Below, one piece after another: positions 16,951-25,505 of a stretch of DNA of 41,574 bases. Source of the DNA: a virus (taxonomy: Duplodnaviria; Caudoviricetes). Under the pieces are notes generated by a model, which was not told the origin of the DNA, did no database searches, and saw only the letters and a list, made by a program, of their open reading frames with translations. The stretch covers positions 1 to 41,574 of IMG/VR virus record IMGVR_UViG_3300025697_000048; one strand, written 5' to 3'. Within the stretch, counting starts at the first letter, position 1. Each line of letters begins with the position of its first letter. Position numbers and translations under genes: made by a program.

Positions 16951-17703
16951 GTGGCAGATAAGAAAAAGAATCCGAAACCCGAACCCGCCGACAAGAATCC
17001 CCAACCCGCCGACAAGAATCCCCAACCGCCGCAAAAGATGGTCGATCTCGATAAGTTCCGAAAGCTGCAAGAGTATCACGACAGCAATAGCAGGCTGATC
17101 GACGAAGTACTACGCACACGCGACATCGTGGACCGCAACAAGACTATTCTCAAAGAGTCCAAAGCCGTACACGAACAAGCGGTGTCGGAACTGCTGGCCG
17201 GCAGGAACGACGAACAACTCCCGCTACTCCAACTAGACGGCGAAACCGACGTCAAGATGGCCAAAACCAAACCGACGCCCTGGCGGAGTTTCCTGCTTAC
17301 GGAACTGAGCGGCCTGGACACCGCGGTAGTCAACAAACTCCAGGAGAAGGGAATCGGGCACGCCGGTGACCTGGCCGACTTCCAGAAGGAACACGGAGAG
17401 TTTTGGGCACAGGAAATACCCGGCGTCGGGGCCAAGGCGCAGAAGGGCATCGAAGACGCGATGATCGAGTTTTGGGAAACGCACCCCGAAGCACTGGTCG
17501 AAACGGACCCCGGCAGGACCATCCGGATCGGTAAGAAAACCGAGGCGCTGAAGGCGATCGCGACGTGCGACAGTATGACGCTGCTCAAAGGCGAAGAAGC
17601 TACCGGCCTGAAGGAGAAGTGGCGGAAGTCAGCGGTATTCAACCGCATCGACGCGCTGATGAACAAGAACAGCAAACCAGGCGGCGATAAGCCTAAGAAG
17701 TAA
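16951..17703 (+). CDS. Hypothetical protein with helix-hairpin-helix-like DNA-binding motifs
   Basis: GAGG SD and GTG start; LSGLDTAVVNKLQEKGI..DL and EIPGVGAKAQKGI; 21-bp tandem duplication (PADKNPQ) near the N-terminus. Confidence 0.65.
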   Translation: MADKKKNPKPEPADKNPQPADKNPQPPQKMVDLDKFRKLQEYHDSNSRLIDEVLRTRDIVDRNKTILKESKAVHEQAVSELLAGRNDEQLPLLQLDGETDVKMAKTKPTPWRSFLLTELSGLDTAVVNKLQEKGIGHAGDLADFQKEHGEFWAQEIPGVGAKAQKGIEDAMIEFWETHPEALVETDPGRTIRIGKKTEALKAIATCDSMTLLKGEEATGLKEKWRKSAVFNRIDALMNKNSKPGGDKPKK

Positions 17704-17767
17704 CGGCTTTTTTACCACCCTACTCCGCCAAGGCTACGAAGGGCGGCGGATTACACGGATTTCACTG

Positions 17768-18691
17768 ATGAATGAGATGAAAATCAATGCGATCGCACCT
17801 TGGTTCGGCGCCAAGCGTGTGCTGGCTCCGACGATCGTCGAGGAACTGGGTCCGCATCGGGCGTATATCGAGCCATTCTGCGGATCCCTGGCGGTCCTGC
17901 TGGCCAAGCCCATAGCCGCCCAAGAAACAGTAAACGATCTGCATGGCGACCTAGTCAATCTGGCGATGGTCCTGACGTCGGACAGCAGCTCCGTACTCTA
18001 CGAACGGTTGAGCCGGACGCTTATGTGCGAAGCGATACACCTGCAGGCCCGCCAACAGGTGCGATCCGAACCTTCAGGCCCGCCGACCGGTCCGCCTGCC
18101 GTCCAGGCCCGACACATCGACCGGGCCTACGACTTTTTCGTGATGTCCTGGATGGGGCGCAACGGGATATCCGGGACAACCGCGGCCGAGACCAATCAGA
18201 ACATCGCCTGCAGATGGACGCCCGGCGGCGGCTCCGGGGGCGGGCGATTCGCATCCGCCGTCGACTCCATTCCGGCCTGGCACAACCGCCTCCGGTCGAT
18301 AATGATCCTCAACCGCGACGGCTTTGAAATAATCGAGAAGATTGACGATACGGACGGCATGGCGGTATACGTGGATCCGCCATACCTGAAAGAGTCGCGA
18401 TCGAGCGGAACGTACACACACGATTTCACTGATGACGATCACAGGCGACTCGCCAAGCTGCTCCGCAGGTTCAAGCGGACCCGCGTGGTCGTGTCGTACT
18501 ACGATAGCCCGCGATTAGATGACCTCTATCCGCTCTGGACGATGCGACGATTCAATATTAACAAGGCGATCTCCATCCCGAACAACCGAGGCGGGAAACC
18601 GACCACGGCGCCCGAAGTGCTTTTAATGAATGGACCGTCATTGGCAAAGAATGACATGGAACCACTGTTCCAGGGAGAAACGGACCAATGA
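17768..18691 (+). CDS. DNA adenine methyltransferase (D12/Dam-like)
   Basis: PWFGAK, YIEPFCGSLAV, VNDL and YVDPPY motifs. Confidence 0.92.
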   Translation: MNEMKINAIAPWFGAKRVLAPTIVEELGPHRAYIEPFCGSLAVLLAKPIAAQETVNDLHGDLVNLAMVLTSDSSSVLYERLSRTLMCEAIHLQARQQVRSEPSGPPTGPPAVQARHIDRAYDFFVMSWMGRNGISGTTAAETNQNIACRWTPGGGSGGGRFASAVDSIPAWHNRLRSIMILNRDGFEIIEKIDDTDGMAVYVDPPYLKESRSSGTYTHDFTDDDHRRLAKLLRRFKRTRVVVSYYDSPRLDDLYPLWTMRRFNINKAISIPNNRGGKPTTAPEVLLMNGPSLAKNDMEPLFQGETDQ

Positions 18692-18969
18692 GAAAGCCGA
18701 GGAGAAAGCCGATGCGGAAGTCAATTCATTCGCCATTACCATGGGCCGGCGTATACGACGGACGGCTTGGCCGCGTTACGCTGCTCGATCGCGACTCACG
18801 CTTCATAACGGTCATCAAAGGCGACCTTGCGGTAATGAACGCGAAGTACATCATCGGACAGGCGAACCAGAACACGCACCGCCCCATATCGATCGACGAG
18901 TCGCAAGGGATCATCGACCGATACCTGGCCGGGGCAGGCGCCGGCAGACAGAAACAGGCTGCTATATGA
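18688..18969 (+). CDS. Hypothetical protein
   Basis: GGAG SD and ATGA overlaps at both ends. Confidence 0.65.
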   Translation: MRKPRRKPMRKSIHSPLPWAGVYDGRLGRVTLLDRDSRFITVIKGDLAVMNAKYIIGQANQNTHRPISIDESQGIIDRYLAGAGAGRQKQAAI

Positions 18970-19409
18970 GCAGCTCGCGAATATATGTCGGCGTTGACGG
19001 CGAAAATGTCAGCGTGATACGAACAAGCGGCGACCGGCCGATACCGATTATCGGATTGCGAGATCGGGTATTGATACCGGTGACGGCGCACCTGCTGATG
19101 ACAGAGTACAGCATGATAACCATGCGCCAGATCGAGCGGATCCGAGAACTGCTGGGACTCGATGAGATACTGAGGATATATCCGGCCAAGGCGATGGTCG
19201 AAGGCGACTCGCCGCATCCGCAGATCGATGTGGTGTTCCATCGAATCAGACCGAACGGCGAACCGCAAATCATCCAGGCCAGCGGTACGGTCCGAACTTC
19301 GGTGATTGGTAAAAACTTTAAGCTGCTGGACGTGGTGGTTTGCCAAATGGTCGGACGGATGGCCAGACGTGTCGCGGAAACAGCACTGATCAAGGATATG
19401 AAACTATGA
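18966..19409 (+). CDS. Hypothetical protein (MSSSRIYVGVDG...)
   Basis: ATGA coupling at 18966 and 19406; 3' part of the 18630 track ORF. Confidence 0.65.
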   Translation: MSSSRIYVGVDGENVSVIRTSGDRPIPIIGLRDRVLIPVTAHLLMTEYSMITMRQIERIRELLGLDEILRIYPAKAMVEGDSPHPQIDVVFHRIRPNGEPQIIQASGTVRTSVIGKNFKLLDVVVCQMVGRMARRVAETALIKDMKL

Positions 19410-19672
19410 GCGATATTCAAAATCTTAAACATCAAATAGAAGCACTCAAGTTACAACTGGCCGACGAGAAACAGGCTAGTCTGCATTATCAACAGCAGGC
19501 CGTGAACATCGAGGCCGCCGCCAAGCAGATAGTCAAGGACGCCTACGCGACTCAGAGTAGACTTAACACCGAACTGGTCGAGGCGAAGAATCGGATAAAC
19601 ACACTGACCGGCGAGAATTTCGACCTTGCCGAAAAACTGCGAAGCCGTCGACCGAGGAAGGGGAAATCATGA
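19406..19672 (+). CDS. Coiled-coil protein
   Basis: AAGGA SD, ATGA overlap, heptad-rich sequence. Confidence 0.7.
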   Translation: MSDIQNLKHQIEALKLQLADEKQASLHYQQQAVNIEAAAKQIVKDAYATQSRLNTELVEAKNRINTLTGENFDLAEKLRSRRPRKGKS

Positions 19673-20172
19673 TGATTATGACTCGTTCAGCCGCGGACCG
19701 CTGGGGTATTGAGTGGCCCCCTGACGTAGCCCTCATGGAAACAGATATTCGCGGGCGGCGGATTGAGACCACCTGGTCGGATCTCCACGACCGCCGGCGA
19801 GAGCGGCAACGAGACCGACTGAGCCGCATTCGCCAGGTCCCGCCGCCGCGTCGGACGCCATGTTACGTATGGGTCGTTTACGTGCCCGGCTGGATATACT
19901 CCGGCTGGTGGTGCTACGTCGTCACGCTGCGAGATAGCATCGCCGTCAACTTTCAAGGTTTTGACCGAGAACTGGCACTGTCGATTATGGAGAGCGTGCC
20001 GCTGGGCATACTCCCGATCGAGGCGAACTTCGTTCGGTGGATGAAGGAACTGTTCAAACGCCGGCCAAGGAAACCAACGGGCGAGGACAAGCGAAAGGCC
20101 GCGACAATTATAGGCTGGCTCGACAACGACAGAAAGTTCACGCTCGGGAAACGCCGTCCGCTTGCGGTTTAA
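19669..20172 (+). CDS. Hypothetical protein (Trp/Arg-rich)
   Basis: GGGG SD and ATGA overlap; stop codon lies within the family B core. Confidence 0.6.
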   Translation: MMIMTRSAADRWGIEWPPDVALMETDIRGRRIETTWSDLHDRRRERQRDRLSRIRQVPPPRRTPCYVWVVYVPGWIYSGWWCYVVTLRDSIAVNFQGFDRELALSIMESVPLGILPIEANFVRWMKELFKRRPRKPTGEDKRKAATIIGWLDNDRKFTLGKRRPLAV

Positions 20173-20237
20173 CAGAACAATCCCGATGTACATCGGAATC
20201 CAATAACCAACGCGGCGACGGCATAAAGGAAAGGCGC

Positions 20238-20966
20238 ATGAAGTTCATTAGTTTCTTTGCGGGTATCGGCGGCATTGACCTGGGGCTCGAACACGCCGGG
20301 CATGAATGCGTTGGGCAGTCAGAGATTGACCCCGATGCCCTCAAAGTCCTGAAAGACCATTGGCCGGACACGCCCCAACTTGGCGATATTAAGGAGATCA
20401 ACATCGATGAAATCCCAGAAGCGGAACTCTGGACAGGCGGTTTCCCCTGTATCGACATCTCGACGGCCGGCAAGCGAGCCGGGATCCGCGGCCCCGACTC
20501 CGGACTCTTCTTTGACTGGATGCAAGCCGTTCGCGTGGTACGACCGAAACACTTGCTCGTGGAGAACGTGGCAGCGTTGCTTCATCGAGGGATGGGCGAG
20601 GTATGCGGAGAACTGGCCGAGAGCGGGTATGATGCGGAATGGGATTGCATACCGGCGTGTGCCGTTGGCGCCCCTCACCGCCGTGACAGAGTATTCATTA
20701 TTGCCGACACCAACCGTGCGAGATTACCAGCGAGGATATTCCGCGAAGGCCCAACAATCGAGTTTGCCGAAGACTGTCGCACGAGCCTCGGGACGCACGT
20801 CGGGCGCTCGTGGGAAGCTGAGCCTGGAGAACGTTGGCTGGATGATGGGCTTCCCTCCGGGATGGCTGAAATGTCTTCTCGACTCTTCGGAAACGCCGTA
20901 GTCCCACAAGTAGCGGAATATCTCGGGCGGTTGTTGTCGGAGACGACAAAAGGAAATGAATTATGA
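20238..20966 (+). CDS. DNA (cytosine-5) methyltransferase, large polypeptide
   Basis: FAGIGG (motif I), GDI, GGFPC (IV), ENV (VI), HRRDRVFII (VIII), GNAV (X); AAAGGA SD; motif IX absent from this frame. Confidence 0.92.
   Translation: MKFISFFAGIGGIDLGLEHAGHECVGQSEIDPDALKVLKDHWPDTPQLGDIKEINIDEIPEAELWTGGFPCIDISTAGKRAGIRGPDSGLFFDWMQAVRVVRPKHLLVENVAALLHRGMGEVCGELAESGYDAEWDCIPACAVGAPHRRDRVFIIADTNRARLPARIFREGPTIEFAEDCRTSLGTHVGRSWEAEPGERWLDDGLPSGMAEMSSRLFGNAVVPQVAEYLGRLLSETTKGNEL
20629..20901 (+). CDS. Overlapping alternative-frame small subunit of the C5 MTase (TRD + motif IX)
   Basis: MMRNGIAY..LLPTPTVRDY..KLSLENVGWMMGFPPGW resembles motif IX (RxLxxxE..LMGFP..W); start uncertain (frame open from 20380). 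Confidence 0.65.
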   Translation: MMRNGIAYRRVPLAPLTAVTEYSLLPTPTVRDYQRGYSAKAQQSSLPKTVARASGRTSGARGKLSLENVGWMMGFPPGWLKCLLDSSETP

Positions 20967-21298
20967 ATAACGGAAATGCCAAAGAACCTGCCGCGAGGAA
21001 GATCTTAACGGATATTCCCCCGGTTGAGATCGATACGACCGACGCTGTCAGGAAATTACAGTGGCAGCTCGATAACGTTCGGGCCGACAGGGACAAACTT
21101 GTCGCGCTGATTGAGAAGTCCGTCGGTGTGATGCACAAGACTTGGCATTTGATTCATATGAAGGAATGGGCGAAACTTGAAACCAATATGGCGGTATTCA
21201 AAGGCCGATTTGCAGAACCGGTCAATACGCTGAGGGGTCTGAACGAACCGCAAACCATAAACCCGCCCGAAGGGCACGATTCGCTCGATGAACTGTAA
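20963..21298 (+). CDS. Hypothetical protein
   Basis: AAAGGA SD and ATGA overlap. Confidence 0.65.
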   Translation: MNNGNAKEPAARKILTDIPPVEIDTTDAVRKLQWQLDNVRADRDKLVALIEKSVGVMHKTWHLIHMKEWAKLETNMAVFKGRFAEPVNTLRGLNEPQTINPPEGHDSLDEL

Positions 21299-21316
21299 GC
21301 GAAGGACACTAAAACC

Positions 21317-21583
21317 ATGATGGCGCAACATGAGATCGATTCGAAAATCAAAGACGCACTGCAAAAGTTCGGGTTCGGTAGAGAAGCACAATGCCCGGAA
21401 CTCAGGATCGCGATCGCGGCGGTGCTACGCGAACTCACCGCCGACGATGTCGAGGTCCGCATAGCGGCCGGTGAACTGATCGCGGCGTTCCCGCCGGCGG
21501 TGGGCGAGGGAATCGACGAATTCCACATACCGGGCTATCTCGTCGAAAACCTGCGAAAAGCGATAACCGGCAGTGATGAATGA
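21317..21583 (+). CDS. Hypothetical protein
   Basis: AAGGA SD; stop supplied by a family A repeat. Confidence 0.65.
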   Translation: MMAQHEIDSKIKDALQKFGFGREAQCPELRIAIAAVLRELTADDVEVRIAAGELIAAFPPAVGEGIDEFHIPGYLVENLRKAITGSDE

Positions 21584-21609
21584 GGAATGATGAATGATGA
21601 ATGAACGGC
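21569..21609 (+). repeat. Repeat family A variant
   Basis: GGCAGTGATGAATGAGGAATGATGAATGATGAATGAACGGC, near-identical to 40705-40745. Confidence 0.9.
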
Positions 21610-21756
21610 GACGGCGTGATTTAACCACGAAAGAACACATAGAACACAAAGAGAAAGGCAATCATGGGAAACGAGACAGAATGGATGGAAACGGGAAGAG
21701 GATGTTGAATGATTTCGCCAGTTGCCAGTTGCCAGGCGAAAGAAAGGAGCCGTCTA

Positions 21757-22638
21757 ATGCCAATGGGAAATTCGAAGATTAACTACCGCAACGATCTGGT
21801 GACGCGGTACTATTCGTGGAATCCGGGCGGGTTCGGATGCGCCGAGGGCTGCGACGGATGCTGGGCGGCCAAGATGGCCAAAGGCCCGTACGTCAAGTGT
21901 CCGGACTGTCGGGCCTTCCGCGTGCACGTGCACCCCGAACGACTCGACCAGCCGGCGGAAACGAAGCGCCCGGGCCTGGTGCTCGTCAACTTCACAAACG
22001 ATATGTTCGCCGTAAGTCGGCCGGCCGAAGATGTCGGCGCGATGCTCGAGGCGATGGGGCGAGCACATCAGCATAAATATATCATGCTCACCAAGCAGCC
22101 TCAGATTGCACGCTACATGCTCGGTCGGTACGTTTTCTCAGAGCCGGGGTTCGGCGTGAAGTTCAATACGCCCAACTGGTTTCTCGGCCTGTCAGTGTGC
22201 AACGCCGGGCAGGTAAAAAAGATCGGTAAGTTCCTGTCGATCGGGAAGACCGAACAATACGACGCTAAAATTCCAAAGTTCCTGTCGATCGAACCGTGCT
22301 GGTCGAACGTCAATATCCGACCGGTCGACCTGAAGCAAATGGCCGGCGTCATCGTCGGGCACGATAACAGACCGAAGGCGAGCGGAACCGATCAACTCAA
22401 GAATATCAGGTTCGTGGTCGAACAGTGCGCCGAGGCCGGTACGCCGTGCTTCGTCAAACAGATATGGCGACGGCCAGGACAACCGGGCTGGCCGCAAAAG
22501 AATCAGATCGAACTCATCACCGATCCGGAACGAATGCCGGAAGACCTGCAGGTCAGAAACCTGCCGTGGTCGACACCGGCTGACGATGAGACCAGGCCGA
22601 CGAAGAAAGCCGACGTTCAAACTCGCATGGACTTTTAA
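21757..22638 (+). CDS. Phage gp37gp68 / DUF5131 family protein (radical-SAM-like CxxxCxxC)
   Basis: SWNP..GCAEGCDGCWA, VHPERL, NDMF, LTKQP, FLSIEP, VIVG, PCFVKQ; AAGGAG SD. Confidence 0.85.
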   Translation: MPMGNSKINYRNDLVTRYYSWNPGGFGCAEGCDGCWAAKMAKGPYVKCPDCRAFRVHVHPERLDQPAETKRPGLVLVNFTNDMFAVSRPAEDVGAMLEAMGRAHQHKYIMLTKQPQIARYMLGRYVFSEPGFGVKFNTPNWFLGLSVCNAGQVKKIGKFLSIGKTEQYDAKIPKFLSIEPCWSNVNIRPVDLKQMAGVIVGHDNRPKASGTDQLKNIRFVVEQCAEAGTPCFVKQIWRRPGQPGWPQKNQIELITDPERMPEDLQVRNLPWSTPADDETRPTKKADVQTRMDF

Positions 22639-22643
22639 GGAGC

Positions 22644-23069
22644 ATGGAAATGGGAAAATCGAAACCTGTGGAACAATGGCCCGATGACGAGATCGTTCAG
22701 TTCGCGATGTTGGAGATAATGGGTCTAACGCCCAATAAGCTGAAGGCTTTCGGCTGTGCGTCCTGTATCAATAAATGCGAATGCGGAGACGATAGCCTAA
22801 TATGCAGGATATGTACGAGTAGACAGAACTGGAAGTATGATCCAGAATACTTCGACCCCTTCACCGCAAAGGGGATGCTGCTGGTGTTCAATGCGATGGC
22901 CAATATAGACATGTTGTACTGGGAGATTAGCACTGGACCCGACACCTGCGTCGTAACCGCTCGGATATTCAAGGCGGGAAAACTGCACCCGCTCGGAGTT
23001 GGGAAAGGAACCGCCCCGAGGGCAATAGCGATCGCCGCGATTAACGCCATCAGGAGATCAAAGCAATGA
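22644..23069 (+). CDS. Hypothetical protein, phage ABA-sandwich-like with Cys-rich insert
   Basis: AAGGAG SD; ..EIMG..CxxC..CxxC..FDP..GTAPRAIAIAAI terminal pattern. Confidence 0.55.
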   Translation: MEMGKSKPVEQWPDDEIVQFAMLEIMGLTPNKLKAFGCASCINKCECGDDSLICRICTSRQNWKYDPEYFDPFTAKGMLLVFNAMANIDMLYWEISTGPDTCVVTARIFKAGKLHPLGVGKGTAPRAIAIAAINAIRRSKQ

Positions 23070-23446
23070 CCGGGAACCGGGAACATATAGACGGGCAGAT
23101 ACAGATCGCTCAAATGGCCTGGCGACGCCGGATGATGAAGGCCGCGGACTTCCGAATGCAGGTCTACGAACTGGTGACCGGCCTGCCGCGGACGACGCCG
23201 GGACCGCTCATGCCGGGCGTTGTTGAAAAGGCTCGGGAGGTCGTCACGAAACTCAATCGGCGAAAGGCAGTTCCGATTCTGGATTGCCAGTTGCCAGTCA
23301 CCAGTTGCCAGTTGCCAGGAGCAAAGCGACATGAGAGCGATAAAAAAACAGACGATAATGAATCGAGAGAAGTTCAGGCGGATGATAAGGAAAAAATCGT
23401 TCGCCGAACTGGCGAAATTGATACGGGCCAACTCGATCGCGATTGA
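23066..23446 (+). CDS. Hypothetical protein, C-terminus extended through a family C repeat
   Basis: AGGAG SD and ATGA overlap; CQLPVTSCQLP is translated repeat. Confidence 0.5.
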   Translation: MTGNREHIDGQIQIAQMAWRRRMMKAADFRMQVYELVTGLPRTTPGPLMPGVVEKAREVVTKLNRRKAVPILDCQLPVTSCQLPGAKRHESDKKTDDNESREVQADDKEKIVRRTGEIDTGQLDRD

Positions 23447-23783
23447 AGAGTCCGCAAAAGATGCTCAAGCACAATACAAAATGGCGATCGAGGAACTGGC
23501 GGACGCCGCTGCCGATGCACAAGTATTCTCTTTGAGAATGACCGATTGCCTCATGGAACTTATGGGCCGACAGGGCCAGGCGATGCAAAACGCAAAGACG
23601 CCGAGGTCCCGAACAAAGAAATTCAACATTACGCGAGACGAAATGATCGCCACGATCCGACGATGCGACGGCAACGTCGCCGCGGTGGCCAGGTCGATCG
23701 GATGCTGCGGTATGACAGCCTACAAGATGGTCAAGCGGATGGACCTTGCGGCGACCGTCAAGGCCGCTCAGAAAACTCGATAA
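23331..23783 (+). CDS. Fis-type HTH protein, possible late-transcription regulator
   Basis: AGGAG SD; C-terminal TIRRCDGNVAAVARSIGCCGMTAYKMVKR. Confidence 0.7.
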   Translation: MRAIKKQTIMNREKFRRMIRKKSFAELAKLIRANSIAIEESAKDAQAQYKMAIEELADAAADAQVFSLRMTDCLMELMGRQGQAMQNAKTPRSRTKKFNITRDEMIATIRRCDGNVAAVARSIGCCGMTAYKMVKRMDLAATVKAAQKTR

Positions 23784-23807
23784 CACAGTTGGAACAGAAA
23801 GTAAGAC

Positions 23808-25061
23808 ATGGCCAATGAACAGGTTTGGCAGGTGACGGATTGGAAAATCCTCTACGAACCCGACGATGTGAAACGAAAAGGGTCCAGATCGCCGCTACAG
23901 TATTTGAAATACTTCGTACGCGGTGATAAGGATATAGATCGACAGCATATTGACGCTGTCAGACGCGATCTGATCGCCGCCGGCGGATTCAAGCTGATGG
24001 CGATATGGCAACTGATGCTCGCCGTCGCGGGCGACCGATCGCACTTCAGAGGATACTTCCTGTCGCCCAGGTTGCCCAGGGCGGCCACAAACAAGGAAAT
24101 CGCACAGATGATCGGCCTGGATGAAATCGCCACTGGAGACGTCCTGTGGGCGATCTGGAACCTGGCGGAACTCGGACTGATCGAAAAAGTCGATCTTGTC
24201 AAGGTCTTTGAGATAACGAAAGAAGATGGTTTGTCCGAAATCATCTATCTCTCGACCGGTGAAGTGGTTACGGACGTGGCGGAAATTTCCGGAAATTTCC
24301 AGAAAATTCCAGAAAATTCCGGACGTGTTACGCGCGGGCGCGCGCAACAGGAACGTGAACGTGAACGTGAACGTGAACTGGAACACGAACCCGAACGCCC
24401 TGCCCCTGTGGTCAGTGCTAACTGTAAACAGGAACAAAAAAAACTTGTAAGGCCTACACCCCCAGCAACCGGGGAAGAAAACGGCGAACAGATGCACAGA
24501 GACAACGAAGAACACAACGGCAACGGCAACGAAGAACACAACGGCGACGGCGAACACAACGGCGACGGCGAACACAACGGCGACGGCACACCCCCCGGGA
24601 CGGACCCGGCGGCGACTGGAGGCATTGAATGTCACAGTCCCCCGGGCCGTCCGGATGGGGAGGGGAAGGGGGAGAGCACCCGGCTGGACATGACGCCGGA
24701 CGCCACGCCGCACCCGCCCTCGCCAAAGGCTTTCGCCATGGTGATCTACGAGGCGATCGGATGGTCAGCCAGGGATCTGCCCGATCCTCGACACAGGAAC
24801 AAGGAATATGCGTGCTACGGCAACAAGTGGGAACAGTACCTCGATGAGGCGGCCAGGCTGGAACTGTCGGATGAGACGATATGCGAATTCGCCAATACTC
24901 GATGCCGAAAGGCCGTGCACCTGACGCAGATTGATGTCCGGATCAATCAGGACGACCTGGTCAACCGAACGCCGCACGAGGCGACGGTGCTGGCCAGGGT
25001 CCGTATCTGGATGAGCGAATTTTCGCATCTGCTGCACAAAATGAGCAAGGCGACGCTGTAG
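23808..25061 (+). CDS. Probable replication initiator (replisome organizer-like)
   Basis: N-terminal winged-helix-like region (..LAELGLIEK), then a low-complexity repeat linker typical of phage initiators; inferred. Confidence 0.55.
   Translation: MANEQVWQVTDWKILYEPDDVKRKGSRSPLQYLKYFVRGDKDIDRQHIDAVRRDLIAAGGFKLMAIWQLMLAVAGDRSHFRGYFLSPRLPRAATNKEIAQMIGLDEIATGDVLWAIWNLAELGLIEKVDLVKVFEITKEDGLSEIIYLSTGEVVTDVAEISGNFQKIPENSGRVTRGRAQQERERERERELEHEPERPAPVVSANCKQEQKKLVRPTPPATGEENGEQMHRDNEEHNGNGNEEHNGDGEHNGDGEHNGDGTPPGTDPAATGGIECHSPPGRPDGEGKGESTRLDMTPDATPHPPSPKAFAMVIYEAIGWSARDLPDPRHRNKEYACYGNKWEQYLDEAARLELSDETICEFANTRCRKAVHLTQIDVRINQDDLVNRTPHEATVLARVRIWMSEFSHLLHKMSKATL
24281..24587 (+). repeat. Iteron-like repeat cluster: 10-mer x4, GAACGT x4, 18-mer x3
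   Basis: GGAAATTTCC x2 + AGAAAATTCC x2 (24281-24320); (GAACGT)4 (24351-24374); (GAACACAACGGCGACGGC)3 (24534-24587). Confidence 0.85.
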
Positions 25062-25083
25062 AGGCGGTGGGTTATCCCTGGAT

Positions 25084-25242
25084 GTGGCGAAAGGGAAGGA
25101 TCGGACGGCTGTGTTTCTGATGATTATTCTCCCTGACAAGGCCGGCGAGATGATGGTGGATCTCAGCGGCGAACAACTATTGGAACTCGGGCATGCGCGC
25201 ATAGATGCGGGCCGGGCGATGATCGAGAACGGCGAAGCATGA
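25084..25242 (+). CDS. Possible small protein (..MIILPDKAGEMMVDLSGEQLLELG..)
   Basis: Open frame filling the gap after the initiator; start codon uncertain. Confidence 0.35.
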   Translation: MAKGKDRTAVFLMIILPDKAGEMMVDLSGEQLLELGHARIDAGRAMIENGEA

Positions 25243-25365
25243 AAAAGAAAACGAAATTTACCATGTTGAGGTCGACAGTGACCAAATTGACCGCCCGCCT
25301 TGACGAGCCGGGGAATAAGGGGGTTTGGCCGCCGATAAAATAAGTTGAATAATATCAGATTACTG

Positions 25366-25394
25366 TTGACATTCATATTGGACAGTGCTATTAT
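25366..25394 (+). promoter_or_regulatory. Consensus sigma70 promoter with extended -10
   Basis: TTGACA (25366-25371), 17-nt spacer, TG-c-TATTAT (25386-25394); AT-rich upstream. Confidence 0.85.
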
Positions 25395-25398
25395 ATGA

Positions 25399-25494
25399 GT
25401 GTGATGACTAGTCAACCTAAACAATCAAACACAGCCCGCCCTCTGGATCAGGTCTTTCGACTGGTCATCACACCAGAGGGCCGGCTATTTTTTT
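25399..25494 (+). promoter_or_regulatory. Structured 5' leader (terminator-like hairpin with competing pairing)
   Basis: 25433-25446 pairs with 25473-25486 followed by a T7 tract; 25399-25413 is complementary to 25459-25473. Confidence 0.7.
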
Positions 25495-25505
25495 GGAGTA
25501 GCACC

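Noticed and set aside
21594-21782. 62-aa ORF
   Set aside because: Made of family A, nonamer-like (ACCACGAAAGAACACATAGAACACAAAG) and family C repeats; no SD
25395-25505. N-terminal extension of the 25506 gene in the ORF track
   Set aside because: ATG abuts the -10 box, upstream of the likely transcription start, and the region is the structured leader
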